Positions 24,688 through 32,000 of a stretch of DNA of 32,000 nucleotides are shown here, piece by piece. The notes under the pieces were generated by a model. The model was not told where the DNA came from and searched no databases. It saw nothing but the letters and a program-made list of their open reading frames with translations. The DNA lies in assembly GCF_000195755.1 (NCBI RefSeq), contig NC_002937.3:2520001-2552000 (forward strand), read 5' to 3'. Position 1 is the stretch's first letter, and each line of letters starts with the position of its first letter. The position numbers and the translations under genes were made by a program. Source of the stretch: Nitratidesulfovibrio vulgaris str. Hildenborough (GTDB lineage Bacteria; Desulfobacterota; Desulfovibrionia; Desulfovibrionales; Desulfovibrionaceae).

Positions 24688-25919
24688 TTGCGTGCCCCCT
24701 TGGAGGCACCGGGCAACTCCACGCGCACTCCCACCTTCTGGCCCTCAGCCAGCCCTTCCACGACCTCGGTGACGTCGGGTCCCGCAGTGCCAAGCACAGG
24801 CTTGACGCGCCGCACCTTGCCACCATCGTCGATGAAGACCACACGCCCGCCGTCCACCCACTTGATGGCGTCATTGGGTATCACCAGCACGTCCTTCTTG
24901 CTGGCGACGATGATGCGACACTGGGTGGTCATCTCCGGGCGCAGGTGTTCGGATGTGGCAGGGTCGAGACGCACGAGGGCCTGATAGTAGACGATGTTGT
25001 CGCGTATCTCCGGCTGCGGGTATATCTGGTCGACCACGCCCCGGAACGTCTTCTCGGGCTGGGAGTCGACGCGAAACTCCACGTCGAGCCCCGGACGCAC
25101 CTGCCCCACATCGGTCTCATCGACGTAAATCCACATCTCAAGACGCGACGGGTCGAGGATGGTGATGAGGTTCACCACCTGAAAACCGGCGACCACGGTC
25201 TCGCCCTCGGGCGCCGTCACCTGACTGACGATACCGCTGATGGGACTGCGGATGACGGCATAGGAAAGGCGGATGCGCGCCGTCTCAAGGGCAGCCTTCG
25301 CCTGTTCGGCGGCCTGACGGGTGCGCTTGCGCTCGGTGCGGAATTCGTTACGCAGCCTGTCGAGCGTCGCTTCACGGGCCACCAGCACGTTGGAGAGGCT
25401 GCGCGACCGCTGCTGGGCCTCGTCGAGGCTGTTGCGGGCGTCGAGGTCCTGTTCCACCAGCTTGCGCTTCCGTTCCATGGTCAGGGCGGCGTACTCGCTT
25501 TCGGCACGGGCGGCCTGCACCTGCGCTTCGGCCTCGCGTATCTGCAACGGGTACGAGGTCTCAACGCGCGCGGCTTCGGCCTCGGCCTGCCGCAGCTTCG
25601 CCTCTGCCTCATCAAGTTGGGCGCGCTGTTCACGGTCGTCGATTTCGGCGATGACCTCGTCCTTCTCGACCCGGTCGCCCACCTTCACATGCAGTTTGCG
25701 GATGATACCGGTGAACCGCGAACCGGTCTTGACCACGGCGCCCACCTGCGGCTTGATGATGCCCGTGGCTTCGAGCGTCTTGCGCACTTCGCCCCTGGTG
25801 ACGGTGGCCGTCTCGCGGATGACGGGGTCGGCCGTCCCCCGTCGGGCATACAGCCACACGCCGACGGCGATACTACACAGGATGAGGGCGAGAATGGCGT
25901 ACATGCGGCGTCTGGTCAT
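24684..25919 (-). CDS. Efflux transporter periplasmic adaptor (HlyD/MFP family, MacA-like)
   Basis: ATG at 25917-25919 with GGAG upstream. TM anchor MYAILALILCSIAVGVWLY, then a lipoyl-like motif, a long coiled-coil (AQLDEAEAKLRQAEAEAARV...) and a beta-barrel C-terminus. Confidence 0.85.
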   Translation of the reverse strand: MTRRRMYAILALILCSIAVGVWLYARRGTADPVIRETATVTRGEVRKTLEATGIIKPQVGAVVKTGSRFTGIIRKLHVKVGDRVEKDEVIAEIDDREQRAQLDEAEAKLRQAEAEAARVETSYPLQIREAEAQVQAARAESEYAALTMERKRKLVEQDLDARNSLDEAQQRSRSLSNVLVAREATLDRLRNEFRTERKRTRQAAEQAKAALETARIRLSYAVIRSPISGIVSQVTAPEGETVVAGFQVVNLITILDPSRLEMWIYVDETDVGQVRPGLDVEFRVDSQPEKTFRGVVDQIYPQPEIRDNIVYYQALVRLDPATSEHLRPEMTTQCRIIVASKKDVLVIPNDAIKWVDGGRVVFIDDGGKVRRVKPVLGTAGPDVTEVVEGLAEGQKVGVRVELPGASKGARK

Positions 25920-26390
25920 GGCGTCTCCGGGCAGTGGCGTTGGCGCGACGGTTCGCGCCCGCAGACTATAACCACGACCTGCGCCGATGGGAACGGCATC
26001 GGGCACACGAAGTGCGCCATATTCACGGACTGATGCCTCTATGACAGCCGACGGACCGGGGCGAGAGCACCGCGTGCATCCGGCTTCTGGGGCTTCTGGT
26101 TCCTCGGGAAGTTCATGGCTGCCGGAAACCTAGACAAAGCCCAAAATGCGGCGGGGGATGCACGACCATCCCGCATCCGTGGTCCGTACCGCATTCTGCG
26201 CGCACTCGTCGCGCATGCCCGCGCATGGAGGCATGGCTGTCACGCAGACTTCCGCAACGAACCGCGAGAGTCCACGACGCCGACGCACGCACCGGAGTGC
26301 CTCTGCCCCGGCAGTACATGTCCCCCACCGCGACATACTAGCCTACGGAAGATGAGGCGGGAACAGTCACCGTACCCGCCGGAACGATCA

Positions 26391-27314
26391 TCAGAAGGGT
26401 TCTACGGGAAGGGCCGTCAACCCGTCCGGTCCGTCCGCAAGGTGCAGCCCCCACGCCTGCCACAGGGCATCAAGCAGTGCCACGCCCTCGCGCAGGTCGG
26501 TCACTCCCGACACATGGCGATTCCTGAAGAACGACAGCAGGGGCTGCGCCGCCACGGGCAATCCGTCACGCAGTGCACCAGCCACCTCAAGCGCCTTGTC
26601 CGGGGCATGGTCCATCCCGGCCCACGCCAGTGCCAGCGCCACAGTGCGCTGCACCACCATGCCACGCATGACGGAGAGGAAGCCGGCGACATCTCCATCC
26701 TTGCGCAAGGTGTCATTCAGGCGACGCGCCATGTCCTCGCGCCCGTGCCCGAGTGCCACGGCAGCCTGCCCTGCCAGGGAACGCACGAAATCATCCACGG
26801 CCCGCCCGGAAAGCTCTTCGTGCAGCGCATCCCGAACGAGCGCGTCGCGCCACGCCCACGCCTTGCGCGCGGCATCGTACTCGCCGAAGGCCCTGTAGAG
26901 TTCACCCATAAGCACACGTTCGCGATCGACCTTGCCGCGCAGCAGGGCAGGAAACGTCATCTTGTGCACAAGTCGCGTGAGTTCGTGCCAATAGAGGGCA
27001 TGACGGATATGGGCGTCGAAGCCGGGGCCGAACAGGCGTGGATGCAGCACCATCACCCACCCGGTACGTCCCGGCACCGAAAGGATGTGCGGCTCACCTG
27101 CGGGACGTCTTCCCCCGCGCCCCGTCTCCGCAACCGCTGTCGCGACAACCGACGCGAAATCAGCAGCGGCGACGATGCGCTCGATGCGTACCACCTGCGT
27201 CAGTTTCGCCGCCGCGCCCACGATGACGGAAAGCTCTTCATGCAACGCCTTGCGGGTCTCCTCAAGGGCTCCTACCTGCACATCGATGACTGTTCCCACC
27301 GCTCCAACCTCCAT
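26391..27314 (-). CDS. Hypothetical protein (no family recognised)
   Basis: 307-codon ORF with protein-like Ala/Leu/Val/Glu/Arg composition. The overlapping plus-strand 419-aa ORF is Arg/His/Pro/Cys-rich junk. There is no clear SD at ATG 27312-27314. Divergent from the Hsp20 pair. Confidence 0.55.
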   Translation of the reverse strand: MEVGAVGTVIDVQVGALEETRKALHEELSVIVGAAAKLTQVVRIERIVAAADFASVVATAVAETGRGGRRPAGEPHILSVPGRTGWVMVLHPRLFGPGFDAHIRHALYWHELTRLVHKMTFPALLRGKVDRERVLMGELYRAFGEYDAARKAWAWRDALVRDALHEELSGRAVDDFVRSLAGQAAVALGHGREDMARRLNDTLRKDGDVAGFLSVMRGMVVQRTVALALAWAGMDHAPDKALEVAGALRDGLPVAAQPLLSFFRNRHVSGVTDLREGVALLDALWQAWGLHLADGPDGLTALPVEPF

Positions 27315-27445
27315 CAGGACATCGCCCGGCAGGCAATGGCAGCAGCCTCGACCGTACCGGGTGCCTTCCGGTAGCCGCAGAGGTGCGGCTTGTCAAAGGG
27401 TAACGCCGGGGCGGAAGACTCCGTCATCTTTGTCCACTCACACTG

Positions 27446-27473
27446 TTGACAGCCCGGACGTACGCATTATCCT
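27446..27473 (+). promoter_or_regulatory. Candidate sigma70-type (or heat-shock sigma) promoter of the Hsp20 pair
   Basis: TTGACA (27446-27451), a 16-nt spacer, then TATCCT (27468-27473), about 30 nt upstream of the hsp20 ATG. This implies a very short leader. Confidence 0.4.
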
Positions 27474-27503
27474 GATGTTTGCCAACGACAAGGAGGTACG
27501 AAC

Positions 27504-27914
27504 ATGGTGATCGACTTCAACAGTCTGTATGATGTCCCGAAGAACTTCGAAAGGCTCTTCGATGAATTTGCAAGGATGCAGGCCGGTGGCGCAAGGCGAA
27601 CACAGTATCCTCTCGTCAACGTCTATGAAAGCGATAACGGATACGTTGTCGATGTCATCGTTCCTGGCGTAACCCCTGAAGACATCGAACTCACGTTGAC
27701 CGAGAGCAATCTCATCATCAAGGGAGAACGCAAGGCGTCTTCAGGAAGGATGTTCAGGCAGGAGCGCTCGTCAGGATCCTTCCAGCGCATCATCAACATG
27801 AATGTCCCCGTCGACAGGGACAATGTCGAAGCGCGAAGCGTGAACGGAATCCTGCGCGTCTCCATTCCCAAGGCCGAAGCAGTGAAACCGCGCCGCATCG
27901 CCATACAGTCCTAG
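27504..27914 (+). CDS. Hsp20/alpha-crystallin family small heat shock protein
   Basis: 136 aa. AAGGAGG lies 6 nt upstream. PLVNVYESDNGYVVDVIVPGVTPEDIELTLTESNLIIKGERK...FQRIINMNVPVDRDNVEARSVNGILRVSIPK is a canonical ACD. Confidence 0.92.
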   Translation: MVIDFNSLYDVPKNFERLFDEFARMQAGGARRTQYPLVNVYESDNGYVVDVIVPGVTPEDIELTLTESNLIIKGERKASSGRMFRQERSSGSFQRIINMNVPVDRDNVEARSVNGILRVSIPKAEAVKPRRIAIQS

Positions 27915-27974
27915 GAACACACGACACATCGAATCATAACTCCCGAAGTCGGGTATGACCACGGAGGCAGAATA

Positions 27975-28328
27975 ATGCAGAAGGATACCGAGACCACGAG
28001 GCAGGTCGTTCCCGCCACGGACATCCTCGAGATGGATGATGGCTTCCATATTCTCATGGACCTTCCGGGCGTGGGTGCCGAAGGACTCGCCATCGACCTT
28101 GAGGAGAACGAACTCACCATCAGGGGAACGAGTACCTACGCACCGGTGGACAAGGGCAACGCCATGCACGTCGAATTCGATGCCGTATCGTACGCCCGCA
28201 CGTTCACCCTTTCAGACATCGTAGACCGTGAACGCATCAAGGCGACGTTGCGAGATGGACAACTCGACCTCTTCCTGCCCAAGGCGGAAGCGGCGAAGCC
28301 CCGGCGCATCGAGATTCGCACAGCGTAA
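27975..28328 (+). CDS. Hsp20/alpha-crystallin family small heat shock protein (short paralog)
   Basis: 117 aa. GGAGG lies upstream. PATDILEMDDGFHILMDLPGVGAEGLAIDLEENELTIRGTS...FTLSDIVDRERIKATLRDGQLDLFLPK. Confidence 0.92.
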   Translation: MQKDTETTRQVVPATDILEMDDGFHILMDLPGVGAEGLAIDLEENELTIRGTSTYAPVDKGNAMHVEFDAVSYARTFTLSDIVDRERIKATLRDGQLDLFLPKAEAAKPRRIEIRTA

Positions 28329-28353
28329 CCCGTACGCACATACCACAGACGGT

Positions 28354-28386
28354 AAAGCCCCCGCGACGAGATGTCGCGGGGGCTTT
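28354..28386 (+). terminator. Terminator hairpin after the second hsp20
   Basis: AAAGCCCCCGCGAC-gagat-GTCGCGGGGGCTTT is a perfect 14-bp stem including A/T ends, 26 nt after the stop. Confidence 0.65.
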
Positions 28387-28553
28387 ACGCGTGATGCAGA
28401 ATACGGTCTCTCGGTGGCGGGTCGTCTCCGGTCTCTGCACGCCAGACGGAAAGACATCGCCCCATCGTCACGACAGGCAGCCGCAACGCCTATCGTGTGC
28501 TGCGGTGAACGAAGCGCACCTTCCCCCCGTCAAGGCAGCAGGACAGCGGTCAG

Positions 28554-29180
28554 CTATCGGGCTGACGGGACGGGGTCGTGGCTTCCCCACCTTCTGCCTG
28601 CCGTCCAGAAGAGCGCAAGCGAGAAGAGCGCCCCCAGCGTATCCGAGAGCATGTCCTTCTGCGCGTCCCATATGTCACCCTGACTGCCCAGCACGGCGAT
28701 GCCCGCCTCGGGGTCGCTGCTCACGGCGTACCACCATTCGAGAATCTCATACCCCGCCGCCACCGACATGATGGCGAACAGGCCGAACAGTGTGGAGACC
28801 ACAGGACCCGCCAGACGCCGCCGGACGAGGATCTCGGTGAAGGCGTAGGCATAGAAACCCACCGAAAAGTGACCGATCCGGTCGAAATGGTTGCGGCTTG
28901 CACCGATGATGTCCGAGACGAAGCCGAAGGGCACGGCGGCAAAGGTGAAGTGCCCACCCACGGTGTGCCAGAAAAGCCAGAATGACATCAGCAGGTAGGC
29001 GGCGTTCGAAAAGCGGTATCTGCGCGCCGTGAACACCAGAATGGTAAAGACGAAGACCACGGGCACGGCCTCTGCAATCCAGACCGCCCTGTCCGCCGGG
29101 GCGATGCCCAGCACGATGAAGAATACGACAAAGACGGATGCCAGCATCTCCGGCAGGCGTTCCGCAAACGTTCGTGACAT
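28554..29180 (-). CDS. DUF2238 / YjdF-like inner membrane protein
   Basis: AAGGAGAG lies upstream of the ATG at 29178-29180. Multi-TM protein. FSNAAYLLMSFWLFWHTVGGHFTF..VPFG...RNHFDRIGHFSVGF matches my memory of the YjdF family. Confidence 0.8.
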   Translation of the reverse strand: MSRTFAERLPEMLASVFVVFFIVLGIAPADRAVWIAEAVPVVFVFTILVFTARRYRFSNAAYLLMSFWLFWHTVGGHFTFAAVPFGFVSDIIGASRNHFDRIGHFSVGFYAYAFTEILVRRRLAGPVVSTLFGLFAIMSVAAGYEILEWWYAVSSDPEAGIAVLGSQGDIWDAQKDMLSDTLGALFSLALFWTAGRRWGSHDPVPSAR

Positions 29181-29295
29181 GCATCTCTCCTTGTCTGCGC
29201 ACCATGCACCATCATCGGGGGCACTGTAAATGCGGCGACACCCTCCCGCGGTGTGCCCGCAGGTACGACCAGACGCAGGGCCTTGAAACGCAGAA

Positions 29296-29319
29296 ACCGG
29301 GCCGCTTGCGCGGCCCGGT
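29296..29319 (-). terminator. Hairpin terminator candidate after flagellin
   Basis: ACCGGGCCGC-ttgc-GCGGCCCGGT is a perfect 10-bp stem 42 nt after the stop at 29361. The minus-strand tail TTCTGCGTTTC is only moderately U-rich. Confidence 0.5.
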
Positions 29320-29360
29320 CGTGTGTGTCCCGGAGAATCCCCTCTCCGCCCGGTCGGCCG

Positions 29361-30254
29361 TTAGCCGCCGAGAAGCTGCATCGCCATACGAGGCAGCGAG
29401 TTCGCCTGCGAGAGCATGGCCACCGCAGACTGGGTCAGAATCTGCTGGCGCACAAACTCTGTCATTTCCGACGAGACGTCCACGTCGGAAATGCGCGATT
29501 CGGCGGATTGCAGGTTCTCGGCCTGAGTGCGCAGGTTGCTGATGGTGTTCTCAAGGCGGTTCTGCAACGCACCGAGAGAAGCACGGATGTTGTCCTTCGA
29601 GATGATGGCGTTCTGGATCGCCACCAGGGCCTGCTGCGCGGCAGACTGGGTGGAGATGGTGTAACCGGCGCTACCGGCGGTAGCCTGGTTGCCGACGCCA
29701 AGTGCCGAAGCCGTCGAGGTGCCGATCTGGACGTAGTAGTAGTCCTCGGCGGAGTCGTTCGCGGTACCGAAGTGGATCTTCATCTTGCCGGTGGACTGCA
29801 GCCCCGAACCGTCGTGCGTATCGGAGGACAGGTTGCCGTTGAGCAGATGGAGACCGTTGAAGTCGGTCGCGTTGGCGATTCGGGTGATTTCCGAGGCCAT
29901 GGCCTGGTATTCCGAATCGATGATGAGACGCTGGTCCGAAGTGTAGGTACCGGTCGCGGCCTGTTCGGCCAGTTCCTTCATGCGGATGAGCTTCTCGTCG
30001 ATGACCCCGAGGGCGCCGTCAGCGGTCTGGATGAGCGAAATAGCGTCGTTCGCGTTACGCACGCCCTGATTGAGCGCGGAAATGTCGGAACGCATCAGTT
30101 CGCGAATGGCCAGACCGGCCGCGTCGTCGGCAGCAGTGCCGACACGAAGGCCGGAAGAAAGCCTGCGCACGGAAGTGGAAAGCTTGCCGTACGAGTTGCT
30201 CAGGTTCCCAGCGGCATTCATCGCCATCATGTTGTGATTGATAACCAGTGACAT
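29361..30254 (-). CDS. fliC: Flagellin
   Basis: ATG at 30252-30254 with GGAGGA upstream. The N-terminal MSLVINHNMMAMNAAGNL...LSSGLRVGTAADDAAGLAI and C-terminal LGALQNRLENTISNL...MTEFVRQQILTQSAVAMLSQANSLP are canonical D0/D1 segments. Short variable region (297 aa in total). Confidence 0.95.
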   Translation of the reverse strand: MSLVINHNMMAMNAAGNLSNSYGKLSTSVRRLSSGLRVGTAADDAAGLAIRELMRSDISALNQGVRNANDAISLIQTADGALGVIDEKLIRMKELAEQAATGTYTSDQRLIIDSEYQAMASEITRIANATDFNGLHLLNGNLSSDTHDGSGLQSTGKMKIHFGTANDSAEDYYYVQIGTSTASALGVGNQATAGSAGYTISTQSAAQQALVAIQNAIISKDNIRASLGALQNRLENTISNLRTQAENLQSAESRISDVDVSSEMTEFVRQQILTQSAVAMLSQANSLPRMAMQLLGG

Positions 30255-30274
30255 AATATTCCTCCATGAATATT
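30255..30274 (-). promoter_or_regulatory. SD-overlapping hairpin presenting GGA in its loop (CsrA-type site candidate) in the flagellin leader
   Basis: Minus strand AATATTC-AUGGAG-GAAUAUU-AUG: a 7-bp A/U stem, a 6-nt loop containing GGA, with the 3' arm abutting the start codon. Confidence 0.4.
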
Positions 30275-30512
30275 CAGTCGTTCCCGGCGGCGGCACACTG
30301 CCGGTCGCGTCCCTGCGACCAATCCGCCGTGCTTGCCCTTCTCTTCGACCATTCGCCAACAGACTATAGGGCTCGCATTAGATTTATTCGCAACGAGTTC
30401 GATACAAAGATCATTTTATCTTGAAGGAGCCATATCGCAGGCCACTCCCGCATTTGCCTTCAGGGGGGTGGCGGCAGTACACTCCGGAGACGAACACAGC
30501 GAAGGAGCAACC

Positions 30513-31436
30513 ATGAGCACACATACGCCCCCCTCTTCAGCCACGCCGACATCCGGGCAAGGCGTACGGCCACTCACCACCGCCGACATCCGCAAGGCCA
30601 AGGGACGGCAGCGTCTGGCCATGCTCACAGCCTACGACTACACTTCAGCCCGTATCGTGGATGGTGCCGGGGCCGACCTCATTCTCGTGGGCGACTCGCT
30701 GGGCATGGTCATGCTTGGGCGTGAAGACACCCTCTCGGTCACCCTCGACGAGATGCTGCACCACTGCCGCGCGGTGGTACGTGGTACGCGGCACGCGATG
30801 GTCGTGGCGGACATGCCCTTCATGACCTACGAGACCGGCGTGCGTGACGCACTCCTCAACGGTGCGCGTCTCTTCCGGGAGAGTGGCGTGCGTGCGGTGA
30901 AACTCGAAGGTGCCGGCCCGGTGCTACCGCAGGTACGGGCACTGGTCGACGCGGGCATCCCGGTCATGGGACATCTGGGCCTCACCCCGCAACGGGTGGC
31001 GGAGATGGGAGGCTTCAAGGTTCAGGGAAGACAGGCGGAAGCGGCCCTGCGCCTCTTCGACGACGCGCTTGCCTTGCAGGAAGCGGGCTGTTTCAGCCTT
31101 GTGCTCGAATGTGTTCCGGCACCGGTCGCCGAACAGGTCACGGCCCGGCTGCACATCCCCACCATCGGCATAGGCGCGGGCGCGGGTTGCGACGGGCAAG
31201 TGCTCGTTCTACACGACATGCTGGGGCTGTACGGCGAGCTTTCACCGCGATTCGTCAAACGCTACGCCGACCTCGCCGGCATGGCGGGTGAAGCTGTGGC
31301 CCGCTATGCGCATGAAGTACGCGAGGGGTCATTCCCTGCTGCGGAACACACCTTCGGTATCGACGACGGGCAGTTTGAGGCCTTCATGGCTGCACTGGAC
31401 AAACGCGGATGCCGCCAGACACCGACAGGAGAATGA
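30513..31436 (+). CDS. panB: 3-methyl-2-oxobutanoate hydroxymethyltransferase
   Basis: GAAGGAG lies at 30501-30507. LAMLTAYDYTSARIVDGAGADLILVGDSLGMVMLGREDTLSVTLDEMLHHCRAV...VADMPFMTY...VKLEG...GHLGLTPQ is the PanB signature. Confidence 0.95.
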   Translation: MSTHTPPSSATPTSGQGVRPLTTADIRKAKGRQRLAMLTAYDYTSARIVDGAGADLILVGDSLGMVMLGREDTLSVTLDEMLHHCRAVVRGTRHAMVVADMPFMTYETGVRDALLNGARLFRESGVRAVKLEGAGPVLPQVRALVDAGIPVMGHLGLTPQRVAEMGGFKVQGRQAEAALRLFDDALALQEAGCFSLVLECVPAPVAEQVTARLHIPTIGIGAGAGCDGQVLVLHDMLGLYGELSPRFVKRYADLAGMAGEAVARYAHEVREGSFPAAEHTFGIDDGQFEAFMAALDKRGCRQTPTGE

Positions 31437-31554
31437 CGCCGAAGGCAGGCCTGTCCGCATCGACAACACTTTTCTGACTGGGGCCCGATGGCGGTTGTGC
31501 CCAAGCGGCGTGCCCTACCACGGCCACGGGCTGGGATACGCCCCGCGTACGCCC

Positions 31555-32000
31555 TCAGCGCCCTTCAAGCAACCATACCGTGGGTGCTTCGATCAACAGC
31601 AGACGCCCGTCGCTCATGCTTTCGCGCGTGGTGCCGAAACCGTCACGGTGGATTGAGAACACCGCATTGGGTTCATGGCTCGAATCATGCAACACCAGAG
31701 TGTCGTTCTCCAGTTCACGAACCGTACTCCAGTGCCTGATGAGCGGGTCGCCCCGGAAGGGCAGATACCTGTGAAAGCGGAACACGGCAGTGCGTCTCGG
31801 CCCTCCCGCAAGCCAGCCGCACAGCGTACCCCACAGGAGGCGGGGCGTCGGGGTGGTGGGCGACGAGAAGGGGCGTGTGGCTGTCATGGGAAACGGTGCA
31901 TCGAGGCACAGTCCGTAACGGGTGAGAACCTGTTCCACAAGCCATGCATAATCGGTCTCATTGTGAAGCGTGACATGCAGCAGCGAGGCGTCACGGGCGA
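31555..32000 (-). CDS. Hypothetical protein, 3' portion (5' end outside window); possible 2H phosphoesterase-like
   Basis: The frame is open from the window edge (ARDASLLHVTLHNETDYAWLVEQVL...) to the stop at 31555. Two H-x-T/S-x motifs (LHVTL and VLHDSS) lie about 95 aa apart, which is suggestive only. Confidence 0.45.
   Translation of the reverse strand, partial: ARDASLLHVTLHNETDYAWLVEQVLTRYGLCLDAPFPMTATRPFSSPTTPTPRLLWGTLCGWLAGGPRRTAVFRFHRYLPFRGDPLIRHWSTVRELENDTLVLHDSSHEPNAVFSIHRDGFGTTRESMSDGRLLLIEAPTVWLLEGR

Noticed and set aside
24945-26033. Long plus-strand ORF (362 aa) antisense to the adaptor gene. Similar long shadow ORFs lie at 26115-27374 (+), 18904-19896 (-), 10410-11669 (+), 21575-22414 (+), 22796-23662 (+), 6132-7152 (+), 2992-3777 (-), 16760-17560 (-) and 162-1015 (-).
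   Set aside because: Their translations are Arg/His/Pro/Gly/Cys-rich with no recognisable motifs. Each lies opposite a gene with clear family signatures. This is typical stop-codon depletion in high-GC DNA.
27915-27974. Possible RNA thermometer between the two hsp20 genes (CUCC in aacucccgaag could pair with the GGAG of the second SD).
   Set aside because: Only a 4-bp complementarity, with no ROSE-like or fourU features. This is too weak to call.
30361-30430. Full sigma28 promoter for flagellin (TAAA-N15-GCCGATAA).
   Set aside because: Only the -10-like GCGAATAA is present. The TAAA at the minus-strand GATAAAAT is 23 nt away, not 15, so it is reported only as a weak element within a finding.
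1-32000. Searched by eye for CRISPR repeats, tRNA T-loops (GGTTCGAATCC-like), rRNA, IS inverted repeats, and transposase, integrase or phage genes.
   Set aside because: None found. The non-coding gaps contain only hairpins and short tandem repeats, so there is no evidence for a mobile element or defence island.

Overview
High-GC bacterial chromosomal segment. Hand-counted 60-nt lines are about 62% G+C in typical genes and 50-53% in the Hsp20 genes. The gene content and order (tandem Hsp20 genes, DUF2238/YjdF, flagellin, panB) resemble a Desulfovibrio/Nitratidesulfovibrio vulgaris-type core genome region; this is from memory and unverified. I support about 31 protein-coding genes. They are: a YgiQ radical-SAM 3' fragment, an orphan FliM/FliG-like chimeric protein, and a divergent DAC (diadenylate-cyclase-fold) protein with an altered RHR motif. 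Next come a translationally coupled EVE-SlyX pair, VanZ, and a rhodanese. An HxlR regulator sits divergent from a nitroreductase / 4-oxalocrotonate tautomerase / muconolactone-isomerase-like operon. Then two DMT transporters (EamA, RarD), a SLOG/LOG-like Rossmann protein, a SlyB-like glycine-zipper lipoprotein, an RRM RNA-binding protein and a 1413-aa SBP-PAS-GAF-GGDEF-EAL protein. These are followed by a zinc-ribbon protein, CorA, an HD hydrolase, and a four-gene MacAB-like ABC efflux operon (adaptor, ATPase, two FtsX permeases). The window ends with a 307-aa hypothetical, two Hsp20 genes, YjdF, flagellin, panB and a 3' partial gene. I found no rRNA, tRNA, CRISPR, transposase, integrase or phage genes, so this is ordinary core genome rather than an obvious accessory island. 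The most unusual item is the divergent pair at 831-4371: a FliM-FliG fusion-like protein next to a degenerate DAC protein. Also notable are an iteron-like array of about 9 CATCTnGCCC repeats (9242-9495) and an orphan strong intrinsic terminator inside a divergent promoter region (18925-18961). Three short tandem repeats and a GGA-presenting hairpin over the flagellin Shine-Dalgarno complete the list. All family assignments come from motif recognition by eye; no searches were run.
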